Made by a program: the position numbers and the translations under genes. 24,753 nucleotides of DNA from a virus (lineage: Duplodnaviria; Heunggongvirae; Uroviricota; Caudoviricetes). Shown here piece after piece: positions 17,683-24,753 of this stretch. The notes under the pieces were generated by a model. That model ran no database searches, was not told where the DNA came from, and was given only the letters and a program-made list of their open reading frames with translations. Location of the stretch: the IMG/VR virus record IMGVR_UViG_2648501392_000012; one strand, given 5' to 3'. Positions within the stretch are counted from its first letter, which is position 1. Each line of letters starts with the position of its first letter.

Positions 17683-17950
17683 TCCCTTTTCCCGGCTGGC
17701 AGCGCGTATGGATGCGATCACGGTCAGAAAGATGGGAAAGACAGCCTCGATTAATGATGTCGATATGACTGTGATCCCGGGAGAAACACTGGCAGAGCTG
17801 AATGCTCTGTCCGGACCTGCGGTCTCTCTGGTGGTGTTTTCTTCGGGATACCGCCCACGGCGCGGGGATCGCGTTGTTTATGACGGACAACAATGGACGG
17901 TCACACGGCATGAACGTTTTAACGGTAAGCCAATGATCTTTATTGAGTAA
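17675..17950 (+). CDS. Head-tail connector, lambda gpFII-like (91 aa)
   Basis: Shares the ...RRGD...W.V.R... pattern with the lambda FII C-terminal region (PRRGDRVVYDGQQWTVTRHE vs LRRGDTLTIGEENFWVDRV); overlaps neighbours by 8 and 1 nt. Confidence 0.55.
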   Translation: MSDPFSRLAARMDAITVRKMGKTASINDVDMTVIPGETLAELNALSGPAVSLVVFSSGYRPRRGDRVVYDGQQWTVTRHERFNGKPMIFIE

Positions 17951-17961
17951 TGAGGTGTGGG

Positions 17962-18540
17962 ATGAAGGGGCTTGAGAATGCCATCCGCAATCTGAACAGC
18001 CTTGATACCCGTATGGTGCCACAGGCCAGCGCATGGGCGATAAACCGTGTGGCACAGAAAGCGGTCTCGGTTGCCACCCGGCAGGTTGCCGGGAATACCG
18101 TTGCGGGAGATAACCAGGTGAAAGGGATCCCCCTGAAACTGGTACGTCAGCGTGTCCGGGTGTTTAAAGCCAGTCCGTCAGGAAAAATGACGGCCAGGAT
18201 CCGCGTTAACCGGGGCAATCTGCCCGCCATTAAGCTGGGGACAGCCCGGGTCAGACTGGCCCGGCGTGGTGGAAAACTGCAGTACCGTGGCAGTGTGCTG
18301 AAGGTGGGTAAATATCTTTTCCGGGATGCGTTTATTCAGCAACTGGCGAATGGTCGCTGGCATGTGATGCGACGTATTGATGGCAAAAATCGTTACCCCA
18401 TTGATGTGGTGAAAATCCCGCTGTCCGGACCGCTGACACAGGCATTTGAAGATGCCCGCGACCACATCATTGCTGCGGAAATGCCGAAACAGCTGGGGTA
18501 TGCACTGAAACAACAACTGAGGTTATGGCTGACCCGATGA
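17962..18540 (+). CDS. Minor tail protein Z (lambda gpZ-like)
   Basis: MKGLENAIRNLN... and C-terminal ...ANGRWHVMRRIDGKNRYPIDVVKIPLSGPL...LGYALKQQLR closely parallel lambda Z. Confidence 0.8.
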   Translation: MKGLENAIRNLNSLDTRMVPQASAWAINRVAQKAVSVATRQVAGNTVAGDNQVKGIPLKLVRQRVRVFKASPSGKMTARIRVNRGNLPAIKLGTARVRLARRGGKLQYRGSVLKVGKYLFRDAFIQQLANGRWHVMRRIDGKNRYPIDVVKIPLSGPLTQAFEDARDHIIAAEMPKQLGYALKQQLRLWLTR

Positions 18541-18938
18541 ACCGACATACACAAATCCGCCAGGTCGTACTGGCACGCCTTCGGGAACAGTGTGGAGACA
18601 GCGCCACGTTTTTTGACGGGCTTCCGGCATTTGTTGATGCGCAGGAACTGCCTGCCGTGGCGGTGTGGCTGAGTGATGCTCAGTACACCGGAAAAATGAC
18701 GGATGAAGATGACTGGCAGGCTGTTCTGCATATTGCTGTCTTCATCCGGGCACAGGCACCGGATTCAGAGCTGGATATGTGGATGGAGAGCACCATTTTC
18801 CCGGCCCTGAATGATGTACCAGCACTTTCCGGACTCATCGACACCCTGATCCCACTCGGTTTTAACTATCAACGTGATAATGAGATGGCCACCTGGGCGA
18901 TGGCGGAAATCACGTACCAGATCACGTACACGAATTAA
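18537..18938 (+). CDS. Tail terminator protein U (lambda gpU-like)
   Basis: ...ATFFDGLPAFVDAQELPAVAVWLSDAQYTGK...WQAVLHIAVFIRAQAPDSELDMWMESTIFPALNDVPALSGLI... parallels lambda U; start ATG 18537 overlaps the Z stop (alternative ATG 18525). Confidence 0.85.
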   Translation: MNRHTQIRQVVLARLREQCGDSATFFDGLPAFVDAQELPAVAVWLSDAQYTGKMTDEDDWQAVLHIAVFIRAQAPDSELDMWMESTIFPALNDVPALSGLIDTLIPLGFNYQRDNEMATWAMAEITYQITYTN

Positions 18939-18948
18939 GGAGGTGGTA

Positions 18949-19692
18949 ATGACCACACCAAATCCACTGGCAAAAACGAAAGGTGCGGGAACGACGTTCT
19001 GGATGTATACCGGCAAGGGCGATGCGTTTGTGAACCCTTTATCGGACACTGACTGGCTGCGTCTTGCGATGGTGAAGGATCTGCAACCTGGCGAAATGAC
19101 CGCTGATGCAGAAGATGACACTTATCTCGATGATGAAGATGCAGACTGGAAAACGACAACCCAGGGGCAGAAATCAGTCGGTGATACTTCGGCGACGCTG
19201 GCCTGGCGTCCGGGGGACAGCGGGCAGAAAAAACTGGTTCAGTTGTTCGACTCCGGTGAAGTCTGCGCGTTTCGTATCAAATATCCCAACGGTACTGTTG
19301 ATGTTTTCCGTGGCTGGCTGAGTTCACTGGGTAAAACCATTGCTTCAAAAGACGTGATGACCCGCACAGTGAAAATCAGCGGTGTGGGGCGTCCGTATCT
19401 GGCAGAGGAAGGCACTGAAACCGTGGGCGTTACCGGGCTGACGGTGGCACCGGCATCTGCCAGTGTAAAAGTGGGAGCAACCACCACGCTGACCTTTACA
19501 GTAAAACCTGACGGAGCCAGTGACAAAGCGATCAGTGTGCATTCGACAGATCCACAGACTGCCACGGTGACCCTGAACGGGCTTGTGGCCACGGTGAAAG
19601 GCGTGAAGCAGGGCAGTGTCAGCATTGTGGGCATGACTTCTGACGGCGATTTTGTGGCAGTGGCTACGGTGGCTGTCAGCGCCGCAGGTTAA
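18949..19692 (+). CDS. Major tail protein V (lambda gpV-like) with C-terminal Ig-like (Big_2) domain
   Basis: MTTPNPLAKTKGAGTTFWMYTGKGDAFVNPLSDTDWLRLAMVKDLQPGEMTA... nearly colinear with lambda V; AAGGAGG ribosome-binding site. Confidence 0.9.
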   Translation: MTTPNPLAKTKGAGTTFWMYTGKGDAFVNPLSDTDWLRLAMVKDLQPGEMTADAEDDTYLDDEDADWKTTTQGQKSVGDTSATLAWRPGDSGQKKLVQLFDSGEVCAFRIKYPNGTVDVFRGWLSSLGKTIASKDVMTRTVKISGVGRPYLAEEGTETVGVTGLTVAPASASVKVGATTTLTFTVKPDGASDKAISVHSTDPQTATVTLNGLVATVKGVKQGSVSIVGMTSDGDFVAVATVAVSAAG

Positions 19693-19711
19693 CAGGACGA
19701 TACTCATCATT

Positions 19712-19736
19712 TGCCCCGGTTATCCGGGGCTTTTTT
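19712..19736 (+). terminator. Rho-independent terminator after the major tail gene
   Basis: GCCCCGG-TTAT-CCGGGGC followed by TTTTTTG. Confidence 0.55.
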
Positions 19737-19749
19737 GCAGGTGGAGAAC

Positions 19750-20139
19750 ATGATGTTTCTGAAACAGGGCACGTTTAATTATGAAAAGCAGTCCGTGGTG
19801 CTCAGTGAGCTGTCCGGGCTGCAGAGAATTGAATATCTGGCGTTTGTTCAGCAGCGAACGGCAAAGTTTGATGCCGAAGAGGGAGAACTGCCGGAGGCTG
19901 AACGACAGATTGCTTTTCTGCGGATGGGGATGGATATCAATGCCTGGCTGGTTTCCCGCTCACTGTGGAATGCGGAACAGTCTCAGGATGTTGAGACGCT
20001 TTGCGCATCCGTTATTACAACATGGTCGTATGATGCCCTGGGAACGGGGGCGGAGATGGTTCTGTCGCTGAGCGGTATGGGAGCCATTGAGAATGCCGGG
20101 GATTTGGAGCATGAGGTGCTGACGCCGGAAAAGTCCTGA
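19750..20139 (+). CDS. Tail assembly chaperone G (lambda gpG-like)
   Basis: MMFLKQGTFNYEKQSVVLSELSGLQRIEYLAF... parallels lambda G (MFLKTESFEHNGVTVTLSELSALQRIEHLAL...). Confidence 0.85.
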   Translation: MMFLKQGTFNYEKQSVVLSELSGLQRIEYLAFVQQRTAKFDAEEGELPEAERQIAFLRMGMDINAWLVSRSLWNAEQSQDVETLCASVITTWSYDALGTGAEMVLSLSGMGAIENAGDLEHEVLTPEKS

Positions 20140-20477
20140 CGCGGGAAATGCAGTTTGTCATGCGGCTTGCCCGGGAGTTCAGGCGGGCAGACTGGCGGCG
20201 GATGCTGTCGGAAATGTCGGCCACTGAGCTTGGTGAGTGGGGCGATTATTTCCGGATGCAGAGCTTCAGTGATGTGTGGATGGATGCGCAGTTTGCCTCG
20301 CTGAAGGCATTGATCGTGAGAATGGTGTCCGGCAGCAGTGATGCTGCGGTGGCTGATTTCAGCCTTTTACCGGAAGAGAACGGGATACCGGAGCGAACGG
20401 ACGAAGAACTGATGCATCTTGGGGAAGGTATTTCCGGAGGTGTGCGTTATGGACCAGATAGCCAACCTGGTCATTGA
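20130..20477 (+). CDS. T segment of the G-T tail assembly chaperone, probably expressed only as a G-T fusion via -1 ribosomal frameshift near the end of G
   Basis: The -1 frame is open from 20115 and overlaps the last 8 codons of G; candidate slippery heptamer GGAAAAG at 20127..20133; position matches the lambda G/GT arrangement. Confidence 0.6.
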   Translation, partial: KVLTREMQFVMRLAREFRRADWRRMLSEMSATELGEWGDYFRMQSFSDVWMDAQFASLKALIVRMVSGSSDAAVADFSLLPEENGIPERTDEELMHLGEGISGGVRYGPDSQPGH

Positions 20478-23400
20478 TTTGGGGATTGATGCGGCAGAGT
20501 TTAAAAATGAAATTCCCCGTATCAAAAACCTTCTGAATCGTGCAGCCAGCGATGCAGAACGGTCTTCTGCCCGTATGCAGCGTTTTATGGAGCGTCAGAC
20601 TCAGGCCGCCCGGCAGACAACGCAGGCGGCTTCTTCGGCTGCAACAGCCGCATCCGTCCATGCGCAGACGGTGGAGAAGAACGCACAGGCTCATGAACGC
20701 ATGGCCCGCGAGGTGGAGAAAACCCGCCAGCGCATGGAGGCGCTGAGCCAGAAAATGCGCGAGGAACAGGCGCAGGCCATGGCTCTGGCGGAGGCTCAGG
20801 ATAAAGCGGCTGCTGCGTTTTATCGTCAGATTGACAGTGTGAAACAGGCCAGTGCGGGGCTGCAGGAATTACAGCGTATTCAGCAGCAGATCCGACAGGC
20901 CAGAAACAGTGGCGGGATTGGTCAGCAGGATTATCTGGCGCTGATTTCTGAGGTTACTGCGAAAACCCGTGTTCTTACACAGGCTGAGGAAGAGGCTACC
21001 CGACAGAAAGTGGCGTTTATCCGTCAGCTTAAAGAGCAGGCAACCCGCCAGAATCTTTCATCTTCTGAGTTGCTTCGTGCCAAGGCAGCCCAGCTGGGGG
21101 TAAGCAGTGCTGCAGAAGTGTATATCCGCAAAATGGAGCAGGCAGGAAAAGCCACGCATTCGCTGGGTCTGAAAAGTGCAGCAGCCCGCCAGGAGATAGG
21201 CGTTCTGATAGGTGAACTGGCCCGCGGCAATTTAGGGGCGCTGAGGGGATCCGGGATAACGCTGGCTAACCGTGCCGGATGGATAGACACACTGATGTCA
21301 CCGAAAGGCATGATGCTTGGCGGGGTTATTGGCGGTATTGCCGCGGCCGTCTATGGTCTGGGTAAAGCCTGGTATGACGGTCAGAAGGAGGGGGAAGAAT
21401 TTAACCGCCAGTTGTCGCTGACGGGGCATTATGCCGGAGTCACTGCCGGGCAGCTGTGGACGCTCAGTCGTGCTATTTCCGGGAATGGTATCACGCAACA
21501 TGCTGCAGCCGGTGCGCTGGCTCATGTGGTGGGGAGTGGTGCATTTCGTGGAAACGATATCGGTATGGTGGCGAGAGCTGCCGCACAGATGGAGCGATCG
21601 GTTAGCCAGTCGGTCAGCGATACCATAAATCAGTTTAAGCGGCTGAAGGATGATCCTGTAAATGCCGCGAAGGCTCTGGACAATGAGCTGCATTTTCTTA
21701 CTGCCACTCAGCTTGAGCAGATACGTGTCCTTGGGGATCAGGGACGGTCCAGTGAGGCTGCACGGATAGCCATGTCTGCACTGGCAGAGGAAACCGGTCG
21801 GCGTACTGCGGATATTGATAATAACCTCAATGCGCTTGGCAGTACGCTGAAGTATCTGTCTGATTTGTGGAGTCGTTTCTGGGATGCGGCCATGAATATT
21901 GGTCGTGAAGACTCGCTGGATGAACAGATTACCGCTTTACAGGAGAAAGTGTCGTGGGCGAAAAGACTCCCCTGGACGGCATCATCTTCTCAGGTTGAAT
22001 ACGATCAGCAGCGTCTTAACGATCTTCAGGAGAAAAAACGCCAGAAGGATTTGCAGGATGCAAAAGAGCAGGCAGAGCGGAATTATCAGGAGCAACAGAA
22101 ACGACGTAATGCTGAAAATGCTGCACTGAACCGGATGAATGAAACGGAAGCAGCACGACATCAGCGTGAAATTGCGCGTATTAATGCCATGCAGTACGCC
22201 GACCAGGCTGTCAGGGATGCGGCGATACAACGTGAAAATGAACGTTACGAGAAAGCCCTGGCATCCGGTAAGAAAAAAACACGCGAAACCCGTAATGATG
22301 AGGCCACCCGGTTATTGCTGCAGTACAGTCAGCAACAGGCACAGGTGGAAGGACAGATTGCTGCTGCAAGACAGTCAGCAGGCATTGCCACTGAAAAGAT
22401 GACAGAAGCGCATAAACAGCTTCTGGCTCTGCAGCAGCGCATCAGCGATCTGGACGGGAAAAAACTGACGGCAGATGAAAAGAGTGTGCTGGCCCGTAAA
22501 GATGAACTGATTCAGGCACTGACGCTGCTGGATGTAAAACAGCAGGAGCTTCAGAAACAGACGGCACTCAACGATCTGAAGAAAAAAACAATTCAGCTGA
22601 CCAGTCAACTGGCTGAAGAAGAGCGCGCTCAGCGTCAGCAACATGACCTGGATATCGCCACGGTGGGTATGGGTGATCAGCAGCGGCAGCGATATCAGGT
22701 ACAACTGAGTCTTCGCCAGAAATACCAGCAACAGCTGGAGCAGTTGAGGCGGGATAGTGAGCAGAAAGGGACATATAACACGGATGACTACAGAAAAGCC
22801 GAGCAGGCGCTGACGGAGAGCCTGAACCGACAACTGAATGAGAGTCGCCGTTACTGGCAACAGCTTGAAGTTGTGCAGGGTAACTGGAAAAACGGAGTCC
22901 TGCGTGCATTTCAGGATTTTACCGTGGATGCAGACAATACGGCAGGAATAGCAGAACAGGTGTTCTCGTCAGCCTTCAGCAACATGAGAAATGGCCTGGC
23001 AACTTTTGTCACTACCGGCAAACTCAACTTCAAATCCTTCACCTCTTCGGTGCTGTCAGATATGGCGAAAATCCTGGCGCAGGCAACCATGATGAAATCG
23101 ATAAAAGGGATTGGCAGTGTACTGGGATTTGATCTCAGCAGCCTTTCCCTGAATGCCAATGGGGGGATTTATCAGTCTGCTGATTTGGGTCGTTACAGTG
23201 GCACGGTGGTTAACCGTCCGACGTTTTTTGCTTTTGCAAAAGGCGCGGGTGTGATGGGGGAAGCTGGACCTGAAGCCATTCTGCCACTGCGTCGTGGTGC
23301 TGACGGTAAGCTGGGGGTTGTGGCGGATATTGGTGGTTCAGGTATGGCGATGTTTGCCCCGCAGTACAACATCGAGATCAATAACGATGGCACGAACGGG

Positions 23401-23514
23401 CAGATAGGTCCGGCTGCCCTGAAGGTGGTTTATGACCTTGGGAAAAAAGCGGCAGCGGACTTTATGCAACAGCAGGCCCGTGATGGTGGTCGGTTAAGTG
23501 GAGCATATCGGTAA
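20449..23514 (+). CDS. Tail tape measure protein H (lambda gpH-like), 1021 aa
   Basis: N-terminal MDQIANLVIDLGIDAAEF and C-terminal ...INNDGTNGQIGPAALKVVYDLGKKAAADFMQQQARDGGRLSGAYR parallel lambda H; long Gln/Ala-rich coiled-coil core; GGAGG ribosome-binding site. Confidence 0.9.
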   Translation: MDQIANLVIDLGIDAAEFKNEIPRIKNLLNRAASDAERSSARMQRFMERQTQAARQTTQAASSAATAASVHAQTVEKNAQAHERMAREVEKTRQRMEALSQKMREEQAQAMALAEAQDKAAAAFYRQIDSVKQASAGLQELQRIQQQIRQARNSGGIGQQDYLALISEVTAKTRVLTQAEEEATRQKVAFIRQLKEQATRQNLSSSELLRAKAAQLGVSSAAEVYIRKMEQAGKATHSLGLKSAAARQEIGVLIGELARGNLGALRGSGITLANRAGWIDTLMSPKGMMLGGVIGGIAAAVYGLGKAWYDGQKEGEEFNRQLSLTGHYAGVTAGQLWTLSRAISGNGITQHAAAGALAHVVGSGAFRGNDIGMVARAAAQMERSVSQSVSDTINQFKRLKDDPVNAAKALDNELHFLTATQLEQIRVLGDQGRSSEAARIAMSALAEETGRRTADIDNNLNALGSTLKYLSDLWSRFWDAAMNIGREDSLDEQITALQEKVSWAKRLPWTASSSQVEYDQQRLNDLQEKKRQKDLQDAKEQAERNYQEQQKRRNAENAALNRMNETEAARHQREIARINAMQYADQAVRDAAIQRENERYEKALASGKKKTRETRNDEATRLLLQYSQQQAQVEGQIAAARQSAGIATEKMTEAHKQLLALQQRISDLDGKKLTADEKSVLARKDELIQALTLLDVKQQELQKQTALNDLKKKTIQLTSQLAEEERAQRQQHDLDIATVGMGDQQRQRYQVQLSLRQKYQQQLEQLRRDSEQKGTYNTDDYRKAEQALTESLNRQLNESRRYWQQLEVVQGNWKNGVLRAFQDFTVDADNTAGIAEQVFSSAFSNMRNGLATFVTTGKLNFKSFTSSVLSDMAKILAQATMMKSIKGIGSVLGFDLSSLSLNANGGIYQSADLGRYSGTVVNRPTFFAFAKGAGVMGEAGPEAILPLRRGADGKLGVVADIGGSGMAMFAPQYNIEINNDGTNGQIGPAALKVVYDLGKKAAADFMQQQARDGGRLSGAYR

Positions 23515-23843
23515 TGGAGACGTTTCACTGGAAAGTGCGCCCGGATATGAATGTGGTATCAGAGCCGAAAGTGGTGACAGTGAAGCTGGGCGATGGTTAT
23601 GAACAGCGTCGTGCGGCGGGACTGAATAACCAGTTGTCGATTTACAGCGTGACGATACGTGTTCGTAAATGTGAACACCCATCTTTAAAAGCCTTTCTGG
23701 AACGGCACTGTGGCGTCCGCGCATTTCAGTGGACGCCACCTTATGACTGGAAGCCGATCAGGGTGGTTTGTCGTAAATGGTCGGCAAGCGTGGGGGCGTT
23801 GTGGGTAACCATAACGGCAGATTTTGAACAGGTCGTGGCATAG
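23514..23843 (+). CDS. Minor tail protein M (lambda gpM-like)
   Basis: METFHWKVRPDMNVVSEPKVVTVKLGDGYEQRRAAGLN... colinear with lambda M (MKTFRWKVKPGMDVASVPSVRKVRFGDGYSQR...). Confidence 0.9.
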   Translation: METFHWKVRPDMNVVSEPKVVTVKLGDGYEQRRAAGLNNQLSIYSVTIRVRKCEHPSLKAFLERHCGVRAFQWTPPYDWKPIRVVCRKWSASVGALWVTITADFEQVVA

Positions 23844-23852
23844 GAGTCTCTG

Positions 23853-24551
23853 ATGCAGGATATTCCACAGGAAACACATCATGAGACGACACGCCTCACT
23901 CAGTCAGCCCAGGTGGTGCTCTGGGAAATCGATCTGACAGTGGTCGGTGGAGAACGTTATTTTTTCTGTAATGAGCAGAACGATAAAGGTGAGCCGGTCA
24001 CCTGGCAGGGGCGACAGTATCAGGCGTATCCCATTCAGGGGACGGGATTTGAACTGAACGGCAAAGGCAGTGCTGCCCGTCCGACACTGACGGTTTCTAA
24101 CCTGCACGGCATGGTCACCGGGATGGCGGAAGACCTGCAGAGTCTGGTCGGAGGAACGGTGGTCCGGCGTAAGGTTTACGCCCGTTTTCTGGATGCGGTG
24201 AACTTCGTCAACGGAAACAGTGACGCCGATCCGGAGCAGGAGGTGATCAGCCGCTGGCGCATTGAGCAGTGCAGCGAACTGAGCGCGGTGAGTGCCTCTT
24301 TTGTACTGTCCACGCCGACGGAAACGGACGGCGCTGTTTTTCCGGGACGTATCATGCTGGCCAACACCTGCACCTGGACCTATCGCGGCGATGAGTGCGG
24401 TTATCACGGTCCGGCGGTCGCGGATGAATATGACCAGCCAACGTCCGATATCACGAAGGATAAATGCAGCAAATGCCTGAGCGGTTGTAAGTTCCGCAAT
24501 AACGTCGGCAACTTTGGCGGCTTCCTTTCCATTAACAAACTTTCGCAGTGA
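23853..24551 (+). CDS. Minor tail protein L (lambda gpL-like)
   Basis: MQDIPQETHHETTRLTQSAQVVLWEIDLTVVGGERYFFCNEQNDKGEPVTWQGRQYQAYPIQGTGFELNGKG... very close to lambda L, including the C-terminal Cys cluster. Confidence 0.9.
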   Translation: MQDIPQETHHETTRLTQSAQVVLWEIDLTVVGGERYFFCNEQNDKGEPVTWQGRQYQAYPIQGTGFELNGKGSAARPTLTVSNLHGMVTGMAEDLQSLVGGTVVRRKVYARFLDAVNFVNGNSDADPEQEVISRWRIEQCSELSAVSASFVLSTPTETDGAVFPGRIMLANTCTWTYRGDECGYHGPAVADEYDQPTSDITKDKCSKCLSGCKFRNNVGNFGGFLSINKLSQ

Positions 24552-24556
24552 ATCCC

Positions 24557-24682
24557 ATGACAGAGACAGAATCAGCGATTCTGGCGCACGCCCGGCGATG
24601 TGCGCCAGCAGAGTCGTGCGGCTTCGTGGTGAGAACACCGGAGGGGGAAAGATATGTAAGCGTGCAGCAAGAACCGTATTGA
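24557..24682 (+). pseudogene. Truncated tail protein K homolog (41 codons before a stop)
   Basis: MTETESAILAHARRCAPAESCGFVVRTPEGERYV matches the lambda K N-terminus, then diverges exactly where the right flank repeat begins (TGTAAGCG at 24655) and stops at 24680..24682. Confidence 0.6.
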
Positions 24683-24753
24683 CGGGGATGTGTTATTCAG
24701 TCGGCAGTGCTACGCGCCAGGGGAGCAGTTCGCCGACCCGGTTTATCGGCCAG
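24655..24753 (-). repeat. Right copy of the inverted, diverged flank repeat; encodes on the minus strand (stop at 24693..24695) the C-terminus ...WPINRVGELLPWRVALPTE* of a gene lying beyond the window
   Basis: See the left copy: same TGTAAGCG boundary, same AGAACCGTATTGA block, ~81% identity in the distal 37 nt, paralogous encoded tail. Confidence 0.6.

Noticed and set aside
19711-19749. N-terminal extension of gpG from the ORF-track start at 19711
   Set aside because: The first codons fall inside the terminator hairpin after gene V; the ATG at 19750 gives the lambda-like MMFLKQ start.

Overview
This window reads as most of a Qin/phage-21-like lambdoid prophage from an enterobacterial (E. 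coli/Shigella-type) genome, with nearly all real genes on the + strand. All calls are by eye from the sequence and ORF track; no database search was run. From left to right: (i) a truncated integrase remnant (90..428, minus) sitting about 600 bp from a relB-relE-hokD toxin-antitoxin cluster, with no immunity or replication genes between them; (ii) rem, a DUF968 YdfU-like gene and antiterminator Q with a PR'/tR'-like promoter-terminator pair; (iii) cold-shock paralogs cspF and cspB between Q and the lysis genes; (iv) a phage-21-type lysis cassette (dual-start holin, YdfR-like gene, SAR endolysin, Rz with embedded Rz1); (v) an accessory stretch with cspI, small zinc-ribbon reading frames, a frameshifted gnsB-like gene and a ydfO-like gene carrying a 21-bp tandem duplication; (vi) a putative cos region followed by small and large terminase, gpW-like protein, portal, and a single large ClpP-protease/scaffold/major-capsid fusion gene; (vii) a lambda-like tail module (FII-like, Z, U, V, G with a G-T frameshift, tape measure H, M, L) ending in a K homolog cut off after 41 codons. 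The two window edges carry inverted, roughly 80%-identical copies of a ~95-nt segment that directly abut the truncated int and K genes. I found no CRISPR array, tRNA/rRNA gene or recognisable defence system; most content is interpretable from known lambda, Qin and Gifsy-2-type biology, and the most unusual signals are structural (the inverted flanks, the chimeric int ORF, the frameshifted and duplicated accessory genes).
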